Of a DNA stretch of 50,252 bases, positions 16,915 through 26,457 are shown piece by piece. Below the pieces are notes generated by a model. The model was given only the letters and a program-made list of their open reading frames with translations. It was not told the DNA's origin and searched no databases. The DNA comes from a virus (Duplodnaviria; Caudoviricetes). Where the stretch lies: positions 1 to 50,252 of the IMG/VR virus record IMGVR_UViG_3300035141_000014; one strand, given 5' to 3'. The first letter of the stretch is position 1; the number at the start of each line of letters is the position of its first letter. A program made the position numbers and the translations under genes.

Positions 16915-19040
16915 TACATCTCCTCCATTCTATTTGTAATTTTTTCTAACTGTTTCTTAAATGCTTCTTCATAAGCTGCTGCAAACTTTTCTTCGTAAGG
17001 TAACAAAGTATTTTCCATTTTATTTAATTCAGCTGTTTTCATAACGATATATTGATTATCAATTAATGTTTTTTTGTTGTCAAATTTTGGTATCATAGTA
17101 CATCTGCATAATATATTTTCTTCTGCTTCTGCAAAATCTCCTGGTCTCATAGCTTCGTTACCTAATCCAGATATAAACATTTCATTAATTTTTACTGTTT
17201 GACCTTCCATTGTAGAGTGCCACTCTCTAACTCTTTCATCAGATGCAGTCAGCCACTGTTTGAATGGAACTACTTCCGATTGACTATAACTTTGTAATTT
17301 TGTTTCTTGAAAAGCATTATGAGTTTCCGTTCTGACTATTCTTCTTAAGTTGTTAGGATTGTTATAATTTGAATACTGGTTATTATTTGCATCAATTATA
17401 TTCCTAACAATTTCATTAACTCCTAACCCATCTTGTACGCCGCTTACAATTGTTGTTTTTAATACATTTTTGTAAGTTTCAGACATGTAAGCTATGTTTC
17501 TTCCTAAGTTTTCAGATAAAAACTCTATAGCTTCTGGATTTTCAACATTAAACATTTCTGATATACCCAAAGCTGCTAATTCACTAGTTCCTAGATTTTG
17601 CATAAGATCAACATACTCTTCTACAACATCATCATATAGTTCTTCATTGCTAAACTCTTCATCTACTATAGAAGATAGTTCAATGCCTAAATCTTTTTTC
17701 TTTTTTTGTTCTTTCTCCGCTTTAATAAACTTTTCAAACTCTAATTGCTTTTCAGTTGGCACTGTAAAAGTTTCACCTTGCGTATTTTTTACTTGTCCAG
17801 TTTCAAGCGACATTAATAGAGTACTAGAACTAATTGCAATCATGCTTCCATCTTCATACTCTTGTAATTGTTTTCCTGCTAAATCTAACCACCTTTTAGC
17901 CGTTGCTATGTGTGGAGCATTTTTATATATTTCTATTAATTGTTCTTTGTCTTCTGGAATTGCAGCATCAAAACTTAATATGTACTTTTTCCCCGGAAAC
18001 ATTTCCGGCATTACTTGGTAATTGTACATATTAATTATTCTGTTCAAACTTGGTATAATTTCTTTGTTATAAAATTGAGTAGCTATTATATATGCAGTTG
18101 ATCTGTTTGACTTATCTATATCTCTATATACGTGATAAGATTTCTCTAAGTAATCTCTTTCAAATTTTCTTATTTCGTTAACTTGAGCGTCTTTGAAGTT
18201 TTCTGTCATTTTAACAGGTTTCAATTCAGATTGAGCGTTTAAGCCTATAATATCAACAGTGTCTCTTTTTAACCATCCACCAAACCTTGACTTCCAACTT
18301 TCTTTAATTCTGTCAGCTTGCGGTTGTGTGCCACCTATTAATTGAATCAAATAGTCAGGTATAAATTTATTATTAAATAAATTAGCTATTTGTTGTGATG
18401 ACTTTTCAACTATTGCCATTTCATCTACTTGTGATTGCATTCTTCCCCAAAACTGGTTAAATGGACGTTCTAAGTCTCTATTACATACAGCTACTATATT
18501 ATCTTTGTGTACTATCATATTGCTTTGATTGTTGAAAGTGATATTGTAATATGGATATCCATCCGTAGGAAATGTATTAATCCAACTAGGATTAATTGCA
18601 TGTACATATCTAACTTTACCAGTAGTAACTGTAAGCTCTTTTCCACGATCCAAAAGTCCTATCATAGCTCCATTCGTCTCATAATATTTTGTCCACAGGA
18701 TAACTTTCTCTTGAAATGTTACTCCTAACGGATCTCTTGCTGTTATAATATTAAGTTGGCTATTCTTGTGATATTCGTCTGTCCTTCCTATCTCTCTAAG
18801 ATCACCCTTTTGATTTTTCTGTTCCGATAATACAAATATAGTCTTCTCTAACTCATTTGTAATCTCACGCATAATACTTGACATTGTACTTGATTCTTTT
18901 ACATATCTATTAATAGCACGTTTATTGGTTTTATCACGTTGATAATTTTCTTTTGACCATAACGCACTAGTAGCCTGTGTTTGCTTAGGTTGTTTCTTCC
19001 TTTTAATTCCAAACATTAATTTTCTCCCTTCCAAAAACAT
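16914..19040 (-). CDS. Portal protein fused to MuF/gp7-like head morphogenesis domain
   Basis: Portal-like N-terminal part; C-terminal RIVRTE, KQWLTASDERVREWH, PGD...ENILCRC MuF motifs; alternative start 19016. Confidence 0.85.
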   Translation of the reverse strand: MFLEGRKLMFGIKRKKQPKQTQATSALWSKENYQRDKTNKRAINRYVKESSTMSSIMREITNELEKTIFVLSEQKNQKGDLREIGRTDEYHKNSQLNIITARDPLGVTFQEKVILWTKYYETNGAMIGLLDRGKELTVTTGKVRYVHAINPSWINTFPTDGYPYYNITFNNQSNMIVHKDNIVAVCNRDLERPFNQFWGRMQSQVDEMAIVEKSSQQIANLFNNKFIPDYLIQLIGGTQPQADRIKESWKSRFGGWLKRDTVDIIGLNAQSELKPVKMTENFKDAQVNEIRKFERDYLEKSYHVYRDIDKSNRSTAYIIATQFYNKEIIPSLNRIINMYNYQVMPEMFPGKKYILSFDAAIPEDKEQLIEIYKNAPHIATAKRWLDLAGKQLQEYEDGSMIAISSSTLLMSLETGQVKNTQGETFTVPTEKQLEFEKFIKAEKEQKKKKDLGIELSSIVDEEFSNEELYDDVVEEYVDLMQNLGTSELAALGISEMFNVENPEAIEFLSENLGRNIAYMSETYKNVLKTTIVSGVQDGLGVNEIVRNIIDANNNQYSNYNNPNNLRRIVRTETHNAFQETKLQSYSQSEVVPFKQWLTASDERVREWHSTMEGQTVKINEMFISGLGNEAMRPGDFAEAEENILCRCTMIPKFDNKKTLIDNQYIVMKTAELNKMENTLLPYEEKFAAAYEEAFKKQLEKITNRMEEM

Positions 19041-19055
19041 TATTTTCCACTATAA

Positions 19056-19084
19056 TTTTACTACATTTACAGATTATAGTCAAA
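19056..19084 (-). promoter_or_regulatory. Promoter upstream of portal gene
   Basis: TTGACT-17-TAAAAT. Confidence 0.55.
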
Positions 19085-19087
19085 AAA

Positions 19088-19114
19088 TAAAAAAAGAGCC
19101 AATTAAGGCTCTTT
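19088..19114 (-). terminator. Intrinsic terminator
   Basis: aaagagcc-aattaa-ggctcttt with T-run. Confidence 0.75.
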
Positions 19115-19709
19115 AAACATCTAACTCAAACTTAACATTGTACATTTCTTCTATTTCTTTAATAGTTTTAAACTCGCCATTTAAAACAAAAGGTCTGTAC
19201 ATTTTAGCATTTTCTGACAAAATATGATCTAAACAACTATTTTTTTCTATTTCAAATTTATAAGGAGCATAATTTAATTTGTTTATTTTTATCAACCACT
19301 TCTTAAACTCCTGAAAAGTAGATATAACTTGCACATCTTCAAATACTAGCTCTATGTTAAGTTTTTCTTTGCAGAACTCTTTTAAAGTATCATTATCTTG
19401 CTTTAAAATGTTATAATTGTGTCTTCCATATTTATCTTCTACAGTTATTGAGAAAATAGTATTATATATATCTCTTTTATAATCAAACCTTATTAAACCT
19501 TCAACTTGTTTAAACTCCGACCAATCGCCATTCCTAATCACAACTTTTTGCATGTTATACTCCTTAATTTTATCGTTATATTTAATTTTAGCGTCAACTA
19601 TATCTATTCCGTTTTCATCTACAGATATTGTTCCGGTTATCAAAACGTCATCTCCACCAAACATGGCTTTGGATAGTTTGTTTAAATCTAACACATCTCT
19701 CCAACTCAT
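19113..19709 (-). CDS. Hypothetical protein
   Basis: 198-aa ORF with AGGAG RBS. Confidence 0.7.
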   Translation of the reverse strand: MSWRDVLDLNKLSKAMFGGDDVLITGTISVDENGIDIVDAKIKYNDKIKEYNMQKVVIRNGDWSEFKQVEGLIRFDYKRDIYNTIFSITVEDKYGRHNYNILKQDNDTLKEFCKEKLNIELVFEDVQVISTFQEFKKWLIKINKLNYAPYKFEIEKNSCLDHILSENAKMYRPFVLNGEFKTIKEIEEMYNVKFELDV

Positions 19710-20055
19710 TTTTCACTCTCCTTTTATCTAATTCTATTTTATATTCGCATAAATTAATAAAATTTATACAATCTTGTGGCAAATTAAAATAAAATCTTTC
19801 TTGTATATATTTATATATTTTAAACAAACACTCGTCAAGCTCAACTTTAATTTCAAACCATATATAATCCACTACATAATCAATGTACCAATTAATTAAC
19901 CAAGCTTGATCTATGTAAGGCATAAGTTCTATTAGATTTTTTATCCTTAATATTCTAACTTGGTATTCAGAATTGTTGTTTCTAAACAAATAAAGATAAC
20001 CAGGTAACATCGATCTACACCATTTACCGTTAATATTAGGAAACTCTATTAACAT
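19648..20055 (-). CDS. Hypothetical protein
   Basis: 135-aa ORF, coupled start; 3' end overlaps next gene by about 60 bp. Confidence 0.6.
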   Translation of the reverse strand: MLIEFPNINGKWCRSMLPGYLYLFRNNNSEYQVRILRIKNLIELMPYIDQAWLINWYIDYVVDYIWFEIKVELDECLFKIYKYIQERFYFNLPQDCINFINLCEYKIELDKRRVKNELERCVRFKQTIQSHVWWR

Positions 20056-20222
20056 TATACCCCCATCTCCTTCAATTTTCTTTCACACTCTGCTTTAGCT
20101 TCCTCATAAGTTAACTTCTCAAACTTATTATTAAATGTATGTACATATATAGCTGTTTCTATTACACTGTATATGTTAAGTGCTAATACTATAATTCCTA
20201 TTGGCAATGTTATATATATCAT
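20055..20222 (-). CDS. Small membrane protein (55 aa)
   Basis: GGAGG RBS; MIYITLPIGIIVLALNIYSVIETAIYV hydrophobic N-terminus. Confidence 0.6.
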   Translation of the reverse strand: MIYITLPIGIIVLALNIYSVIETAIYVHTFNNKFEKLTYEEAKAECERKLKEMGV

Positions 20223-20252
20223 AATACCTCCCTAATTATATTTTCTAACAAC

Positions 20253-20666
20253 TTAAACACTTTTTATTTCCTCCATAAACTTATAATCGCTTTCATACTT
20301 TTCTTCAGCATCTGCAAGACTATAACCTCTACTTACTAAATCATACATGTAATTTTGTTTCTCGGCTTGTTTATTAAACCTAATGACTTTAATTCTAAAT
20401 ATACTTTTAGTTTGTAACCACACCGTTTCAATGTTTATATCTTTAGGAAAATCATCATAAAATACTATTTTGCTTACACAAGTTAATCCTGAATTTAAGT
20501 CTGTAAACGTTACTGTTTCATTAGTCATGTCTATTTTGCAATATAACTTATCACCAAAATCATAACCATACGAAACATCATTTATAATATTTTTTTCATT
20601 GTAAACATCTGTAAATTTTAATTCCTCAATAGGCTTAGTATCTATTAATTTATTCATTTTGTTCAA
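20253..20666 (-). CDS. Hypothetical protein
   Basis: 137-aa ORF in operon; likely ATG start at 20657. Confidence 0.65.
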   Translation of the reverse strand: MNKMNKLIDTKPIEELKFTDVYNEKNIINDVSYGYDFGDKLYCKIDMTNETVTFTDLNSGLTCVSKIVFYDDFPKDINIETVWLQTKSIFRIKVIRFNKQAEKQNYMYDLVSRGYSLADAEEKYESDYKFMEEIKSV

Positions 20667-20696
20667 CTCCTGTTATTTCATATTCTTTTTCGCTAA

Positions 20697-20861
20697 TCAC
20701 TTTTCCACTCTCCCATCTAAGAAACTTCTGTTCATCTCTTGCTGCATTATTATTTCTAGTCCTCTTCTAACTAGTTCAGAGTTTGTCAGATCGTGATTGT
20801 CTAGCCACTCTTTTTGTTTTTTAGTTATGCCTATTGTTATATTTACCATTTTGTTTTTCAT
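20697..20861 (-). CDS. Ribbon-helix-helix DNA-binding protein (54 aa)
   Basis: VNITIGITKKQKEWLD...NSELVRRGL fits the RHH pattern; AGGAGGG RBS. Confidence 0.65.
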   Translation of the reverse strand: MKNKMVNITIGITKKQKEWLDNHDLTNSELVRRGLEIIMQQEMNRSFLDGRVEK

Positions 20862-21113
20862 CTACCCCTCCTGCTTTAAAGTTTTCTCTATATCTATATT
20901 AGATATTTTAATGAATTCAACTTTTGTTTCTTTAGATATTAAATGTGTTTCCGTATAATCTAAAGTTTTAAACATTTTATCAAATATCATAATATCATCG
21001 CAAATATATTTATTATAAGCTATATCGCATTTTCTATGTATGATGGCGGTTATTTTATCTTGATTCCAAAGTTTTACAATTTTTTTAACTTTTTTTAATT
21101 TTCTTTTCCCCAT
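20862..21113 (-). CDS. Hypothetical protein
   Basis: ORF with GGAGGG RBS. Confidence 0.65.
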   Translation of the reverse strand: MGKRKLKKVKKIVKLWNQDKITAIIHRKCDIAYNKYICDDIMIFDKMFKTLDYTETHLISKETKVEFIKISNIDIEKTLKQEG

Positions 21114-21416
21114 TTAACCCTCCATTATTTTTTGTCTTAATTGATTTGTATTACATATTCTAACTTCAGTATAGCCTTGTTTTAGCAATTTACCATTTAT
21201 TTTTTGAGATGTAAGTGCAAACAAAGATGGTCTTAAGCTTCTGTATATAGCTATATGATGCAAGTCAGAGAAGAACTCGTTTGCCACTCTATCTGTAACA
21301 GGATGATATCCCAAATCTCTTATAATCTTAATAACTTTATGCCAATCCTCATCCTTACACATAACACCTCTATCTTGTTTTATTAATTTTATTATCTGTG
21401 CTTGCATTTCTTCCAT
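21114..21416 (-). CDS. Hypothetical protein
   Basis: ORF with AAGGAGG RBS. Confidence 0.7.
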   Translation of the reverse strand: MEEMQAQIIKLIKQDRGVMCKDEDWHKVIKIIRDLGYHPVTDRVANEFFSDLHHIAIYRSLRPSLFALTSQKINGKLLKQGYTEVRICNTNQLRQKIMEG

Positions 21417-21606
21417 TTAATCCTCCTTATGTCTTCCTTTTCTTTCAATCCAACAATAAAAATCAAATATGCACCATATAATTAATCCTACAATTATTGC
21501 AATTATCAACAATTCTATAATTAACAATAAAAATAAAAACAACAAATAAAATAAAGCCAACTTTATCACTCCTTAATAAGTCAAGCAGGGTTTCCCCTGC
21601 CTGCTG

Positions 21607-21711
21607 CTATTCTTCTTCTTTATTATCTTTTTCTTCTCTGTTAGCTATAGTGTCTTTCGTAGCTTTCTCACAGTAACAAGTATCATGTCCATAACAATTT
21701 AAATCACACAT
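21607..21711 (-). CDS. Cys-rich/acidic peptide (34 aa)
   Basis: AAGGAGTG RBS; MCDLNCYGHDTCYCEKATKDTIANREEKDNKEEE; followed by hairpin gcagggg/cccctgc. Confidence 0.45.
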   Translation of the reverse strand: MCDLNCYGHDTCYCEKATKDTIANREEKDNKEEE

Positions 21712-21844
21712 ACACATCACTCCTTATAAATTATTAACTTAATACAATTACCAACAAACAACACTTGATATATATTAACTACCTCTCGTATACCTCTTTT
21801 ATACATTAATTCTACCATATATCTACATATATTGCAAGAAAAAT

Positions 21845-21915
21845 ATAAAAAAAATAAGACCTCTTACAAGAAGTCTTATTTCAAATAAAATACATTAAAG
21901 GAATTGGTTTATGTT
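21845..21915 (-). ncRNA. Candidate sRNA
   Basis: TTGATT-17-TATAAT promoter, no ORF, AAUUCCUUU segment, terminator aataagac/gtcttatt plus U-run. Confidence 0.45.
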
Positions 21916-21962
21916 AATATTATACTCTATTTATTAATTTTAATCAAGATTGTTATGCTTTT

Positions 21963-22226
21963 TTATTTTAACATTTTTTCTCTGATTTTCATTGATAACT
22001 CAACCGGTAATTTTACACCGTATACAGTTAATTGAAATTGTTCTTTTTCAACACCTTCTATATTTCCAACAACCTCACATTTCTGTGGAACTAAATCCAA
22101 GTTAAAAACAGGATCACTTCCTACCGTTTGAAAAAATGTAATTTCTCTTACATAATCTACTTCTTTTCCATTTACTTTCACATTACTTTTTTTGCCTTTT
22201 TCTTTCAATTTTACTTCTACTTCCAT
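21963..22226 (-). CDS. Hypothetical protein
   Basis: 87-aa ORF with GGAGG RBS. Confidence 0.7.
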   Translation of the reverse strand: MEVEVKLKEKGKKSNVKVNGKEVDYVREITFFQTVGSDPVFNLDLVPQKCEVVGNIEGVEKEQFQLTVYGVKLPVELSMKIREKMLK

Positions 22227-22366
22227 TTTTCCTCCATTTTAAATTATAAGTGACAATTATACACAGTTGATTACATTTGTATTGTATATACCTAGTATTA
22301 TACTTAACATTTCCGACATATTATTACAATTTTTATTAGATTGTTACTAGATGCAATATAATTATT

Positions 22367-24034
22367 TTATATTATAAAGAATTGACTAACTGTTTTTCTC
22401 ATTTGTAGTGCTATAGCCAAAGCTACAACTCTATCTTTACCATTTGTGTTTACTAATCCATTTTCCTTTTGTATAGTTCTCATTTCTGCTAGAGTTCTAT
22501 AAGAGTTTATTATAACTTTTTCTTCTCTATGAAAACTATCTAATTCGTCCAGCATTATATATTTACTTTTACTATTAGTTGACCATCCAAGCTTTTCTGT
22601 TTTCTTATCTGTCTGCCTATCATGAGTAGTTTCTTTATACAAATTGAAGTATTCTATTTCATTCTTAAGAGTGTTAAGGGTAGAATGCCCATGATTGTTT
22701 CTTTCTACTCCTATATAAGCATCGTTATATATATTACCCCACTTAGCTAATTCTCTAGCATGTTGTTCTGGCTTAAGGGTATACTCTCCATTAGCCACTT
22801 CTTCAAGTGTTTCAACATCTAATATACAGAAAGTAGAATTATCTTTTCCTTCTAATCCTTCTGCAACGTCAGCACCTATTATATAAGTATGTCCAGGTTC
22901 TGGGTGCTTATATATTTCTATCTCTCCACCTTGCCTAGTTTCAAACTCTTCTGTTGTTTGCTGCAATTGTATATCTATAAGCTCTATATCAAAATAAGGT
23001 CTTCCAGAGTGTAAAAATGCTTCTTTTGCTGTACAAGGGTATTCTTGGCTTATCTCGTCCTTAAGTTCCATCCTCTTATCAAAATACCAGTTAGCCTGTT
23101 CAAGTGTCAATCCCACATTATCCACAATTGATTTAAGTTTCTTCATAAACGCACTATCTACACCCATGAATCTAGCACCAGTTTCTAATGCTGTAACAAA
23201 CTGATCTTCAGTATATTTAGATGTTTCAAACCTCTTTGTATATTCTTTAGTTCTCCACCACTCATAAAAAAAACCTAACCATTTACTATGTCCTTTTTCT
23301 ATCTCTTCCCACTTATCATAAAACTCATTGAATCCATTAGCTGTTGTTTCGTCTATTTCGATTGATCCTGTTGGTGTTAATGCCTGTGATATTGCAAGAG
23401 CATTCTTTTGCATATCTTTCCAGAAAGCCTTTTCAGAATTATGAAGCATTTGTAATTTCTTACCCCTTCCAGCTCCCTTACTTCCTGCTGTTGATACTCT
23501 CCAAGATGTACCCATTCTATCTAATACTAATTCTTTTGCATTAGACCTTTTAGGTTCTCCGGTTATAGTTTTGTCCACTCTATCAAATATACCTTTTGCT
23601 ATATCCTCAAATATTGACTTTGTACTATCTGCATCATGTGCCATAGTAAATCCTGCAAAGTTTTTTTGTGTTATTAGTAGGCTACATTGAAAAGCTGTTA
23701 TGTAAGTAGTAAATCCTTGCTGCCTACCCTTTAATATAGCTATTTTAATTTGATCTATTTTTTTTTGTTGCTGTTGTTTATATAGTTTACTTAATTTTTC
23801 TTGAAAATCTATTTGTACATCATTAAGAAAAAAAGGCAACTCTTTAAATTCCTTGTCTATAACTGTAAATTGAAGCTCTATAAGTAGCCAAGGATTTTCT
23901 AATAATTCAACAAATATTTCTTTTGTATTAGATATCTTATTCCATATTGCTTTACACACGTTTTGATCATTCTCTATATCCTGTGTTTCTTCCCATTCTT
24001 TTTTCCTTATCTCTATTAATTCTTTACAATCCAT
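22367..24034 (-). CDS. terL: Terminase large subunit
   Basis: ILKGRQQGFTT Walker A-like, ETTANG, IIGADVAEG nuclease motif, VERNNHG, DRVVALAIA. Confidence 0.95.
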   Translation of the reverse strand: MDCKELIEIRKKEWEETQDIENDQNVCKAIWNKISNTKEIFVELLENPWLLIELQFTVIDKEFKELPFFLNDVQIDFQEKLSKLYKQQQQKKIDQIKIAILKGRQQGFTTYITAFQCSLLITQKNFAGFTMAHDADSTKSIFEDIAKGIFDRVDKTITGEPKRSNAKELVLDRMGTSWRVSTAGSKGAGRGKKLQMLHNSEKAFWKDMQKNALAISQALTPTGSIEIDETTANGFNEFYDKWEEIEKGHSKWLGFFYEWWRTKEYTKRFETSKYTEDQFVTALETGARFMGVDSAFMKKLKSIVDNVGLTLEQANWYFDKRMELKDEISQEYPCTAKEAFLHSGRPYFDIELIDIQLQQTTEEFETRQGGEIEIYKHPEPGHTYIIGADVAEGLEGKDNSTFCILDVETLEEVANGEYTLKPEQHARELAKWGNIYNDAYIGVERNNHGHSTLNTLKNEIEYFNLYKETTHDRQTDKKTEKLGWSTNSKSKYIMLDELDSFHREEKVIINSYRTLAEMRTIQKENGLVNTNGKDRVVALAIALQMRKTVSQFFII

Positions 24035-24647
24035 ATTTTTCCTCGATTGCTTTTACATCGTTATTGTCTTTTTCATCTTCTTTGCTGCTTAACCATCCCA
24101 TATGTTGTCCGATCATTTGCAAAGCTTTAAGTTTGTCGTGTGTCTTTATTTCTATTCCTTCTTTAGTTTTCTTTATTCCTGCAATAGCTTTCTTCTTTTG
24201 ATTATCAATATCTTTAGTTTCTGCAAACTCAACATCTTTATAGTATATAGTTTCAAACTTAGTATCTTTGTTTCCATTTTCATCTTCAACTATTATATCT
24301 CGTATAAAGCTCTTAGTAACTATTTCAGCGTAATCAGTCCCATTGCTAAAGGCTACACCTGCTAACTCGCTCAACCACTTCTCTCGACTTATAAATCCTT
24401 CACGTTCTAATTCTAAATTGTGTTTCTCAATTAAATAGTCGTATCTTACTTGAAGTACATCATTTGTACGCCAGAGACGTTCATATGCACGTTTTGCGTT
24501 CTCGCCTGTTTGTTTATATCCTGCCATGTTATAAATCTCTCTATTCGGCTTATCAGGGTGTTTTATTCTCAAATTAACTAACAGCTCCCACCTATCATTA
24601 TCAAGAGGTTGAGAGCCGTTGTATTTTTTATTATTCTCTTTTTTCAT
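24024..24647 (-). CDS. terS: Terminase small subunit
   Basis: AGYK N-terminal HTH, ELAGVAFSN...AIAGIK...EIKTHDKLKALQMIGQHMG; directly upstream of terL. Confidence 0.9.
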   Translation of the reverse strand: MKKENNKKYNGSQPLDNDRWELLVNLRIKHPDKPNREIYNMAGYKQTGENAKRAYERLWRTNDVLQVRYDYLIEKHNLELEREGFISREKWLSELAGVAFSNGTDYAEIVTKSFIRDIIVEDENGNKDTKFETIYYKDVEFAETKDIDNQKKKAIAGIKKTKEGIEIKTHDKLKALQMIGQHMGWLSSKEDEKDNNDVKAIEEKYGL

Positions 24648-24668
24648 CTTTCTATACCTCCCTACTAT

Positions 24669-24697
24669 ATTGTATTACATTTTCAGGAGCTATGCAA
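24669..24697 (-). promoter_or_regulatory. Promoter upstream of terS
   Basis: TTGCAT-17-TACAAT. Confidence 0.55.
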
Positions 24698-24699
24698 GT

Positions 24700-24873
24700 T
24701 TAGTCTTTTATTTGCTTTATGCTTTCAATATAAACAGGATTAATAATTAAAGTACAATTATTCCATATTATAGTTTTTTTATCATACATTAGGTTTTTAA
24801 ACTCATTAAAATTTAAAGCTGCTTCTATAATGTGTATCATACCGCTATTCATTACAATTTCATATTTATTCAT
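24700..24873 (-). CDS. Hypothetical protein (57 aa)
   Basis: GGAGG RBS; MNKYEIVMNSG...IESIKQIKD. Confidence 0.6.
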   Translation of the reverse strand: MNKYEIVMNSGMIHIIEAALNFNEFKNLMYDKKTIIWNNCTLIINPVYIESIKQIKD

Positions 24874-24885
24874 TTTTTTACCTCC

Positions 24886-25161
24886 TTACTTAATAATAAG
24901 TCCTGCTTCTTCATACTCTTTTTGAGCTTTAGCTAAATTTTCTTTCAACATTCCATGTATTATATCATATATTTCTTCTAGCTGTTCTGTCGTAAGAATA
25001 CAATAGCTTCGATTAAACAAATTTCCTCTTTGTATGATTTCTTTGTCATAAACATACTCATCATAATCTCTTACATTTTCTTTTAGTTTTTCAACTTTTC
25101 CTTGTTTCCATCTTAGGTCTATAACCTTTTTTTCTAATTCTTCCAATTTTTCATCAGTCAT
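24886..25161 (-). CDS. Hypothetical protein
   Basis: GGAGTGG RBS; similar style to 13770..14021. Confidence 0.7.
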   Translation of the reverse strand: MTDEKLEELEKKVIDLRWKQGKVEKLKENVRDYDEYVYDKEIIQRGNLFNRSYCILTTEQLEEIYDIIHGMLKENLAKAQKEYEEAGLIIK

Positions 25162-25173
25162 TTTACCACTCCT

Positions 25174-25347
25174 TTATTTATTATCTATATGATTATTTAA
25201 TATAATATATTTTCCTTTATCAATTAACTCTTTTACCATTTCTCCTTGTCTTTGTTTTTGAATATATTTATTTTTTCTAATTTCTTTTAATGACTGTAGA
25301 AAAGTTAAAAATATATTCTTTTTTTCAAATACATTTTTGTTTATCAT
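25174..25347 (-). CDS. Hypothetical protein (57 aa)
   Basis: ATGA overlap with upstream small ORF; fills operon gap. Confidence 0.5.
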   Translation of the reverse strand: MINKNVFEKKNIFLTFLQSLKEIRKNKYIQKQRQGEMVKELIDKGKYIILNNHIDNK

Positions 25348-25523
25348 TTCAAAAGCTCCATAATAACTTTTCTTTTTTGCGATGACAACTTACTTTTCTT
25401 TTGCTTAATTAATTCCATTTCTTTAAATACATCTATATCTTTTAACCAGGACTGATCTTTAGGTTTATTAAAGTTCATACCTACAATTGAAGATAACAAC
25501 ATAAGCCTATTTATTTTATTCAT
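25344..25523 (-). CDS. Hypothetical protein (59 aa)
   Basis: GGAGTGG RBS; ELIKQKKSKLSSQKRKVI. Confidence 0.6.
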   Translation of the reverse strand: MNKINRLMLLSSIVGMNFNKPKDQSWLKDIDVFKEMELIKQKKSKLSSQKRKVIMELLK

Positions 25524-25798
25524 TTTACCACTCCTTTTATTTTTTCTACACCTTTTTCTATCTCTTCTTTTGTCATTCCGCTATCTTTTGTAAGATTACA
25601 TAGTTCCTGACAATTTGCCACGCTAAATAACGGTGTAGCAATTCCTATAGTTGCACCAAAACAACTTGTTTTTTTATAAGAATCAGGATTTTTTAAAAAC
25701 TCTTCTATATATTCTTTTGTGCAACCATGTTCTAACATTTCTTTTGCTAACTCTTCAAACTTATCAGGTATATCTAATTCCATATTATATATTCTCAC
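25520..25798 (-). CDS. Hypothetical protein
   Basis: 92-aa ORF in operon. Confidence 0.6.
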   Translation of the reverse strand: MRIYNMELDIPDKFEELAKEMLEHGCTKEYIEEFLKNPDSYKKTSCFGATIGIATPLFSVANCQELCNLTKDSGMTKEEIEKGVEKIKGVVK

Positions 25799-25814
25799 AT
25801 TAATCCACCACCCT

Positions 25815-26051
25815 TTAAATTTTGCTTTGTATCTGTGTTTCTTCTATAATAGCTCCACACTTTTTACATTTGTACTCAGCTGTCCATACTATAGTGCTAG
25901 CTATTTCTTGCCTTTTTTCACTGATCTTTTCAAACTCCATACCTTTACAAAATTCGCAATCTATTCCGGCATAATTTTTAAAAGGATCATTCTTTATGTA
26001 TTTTAATATTATGTTAATTTTTTGAAATATGTTTAATTTTTTTCTACTCAC
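25815..26051 (-). CDS. Small zinc-ribbon protein
   Basis: CEFC...YKCKKCG. Confidence 0.65.
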   Translation of the reverse strand: MSRKKLNIFQKINIILKYIKNDPFKNYAGIDCEFCKGMEFEKISEKRQEIASTIVWTAEYKCKKCGAIIEETQIQSKI

Positions 26052-26069
26052 ATTACCGCTCCTAATAAA

Positions 26070-26207
26070 TTACTCTAAATATATCTTTTGTTGTTTGACC
26101 ACTCCGCCACTCCAAACCTTTATAACTACATACTCCTCATTTCTAAGTTCATCATAACTATATCTAACTACATCGTAATTTTTAGACATTAAATGTTTTT
26201 TCTTCAT
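26070..26207 (-). CDS. Hypothetical protein (45 aa)
   Basis: GGAG RBS; fills operon gap. Confidence 0.45.
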   Translation of the reverse strand: MKKKHLMSKNYDVVRYSYDELRNEEYVVIKVWSGGVVKQQKIYLE

Positions 26208-26208
26208 C

Positions 26209-26457
26209 CTACTCCAACTCCAACTCCTCTAATATATCAACGTTGCTGTCGAAATTAGGTTTATGATTGATCATCGTATATTCTTTACCATCTTCACCTA
26301 TAAAAGTTTCATTTTTAGTTTCCTTGAGATAACCAGATGTTTTTCTATGTATAGCTTTATATGATTTTATAGCATGTTTATCTATTTCAGAAAAATCAAC
26401 TTGTTTTTTATTCGTTACTTTTATCAAATCTAATAATTTTCCCAACATCTTACTCAT
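26209..26457 (-). CDS. Hypothetical protein
   Basis: Coupled to initiator gene; GGAGG RBS. Confidence 0.6.
   Translation of the reverse strand: MSKMLGKLLDLIKVTNKKQVDFSEIDKHAIKSYKAIHRKTSGYLKETKNETFIGEDGKEYTMINHKPNFDSNVDILEELELE

Noticed and set aside
17494-18021. 175-aa plus-strand ORF
   Set aside because: Ser/Phe-rich antisense shadow of the portal-MuF gene
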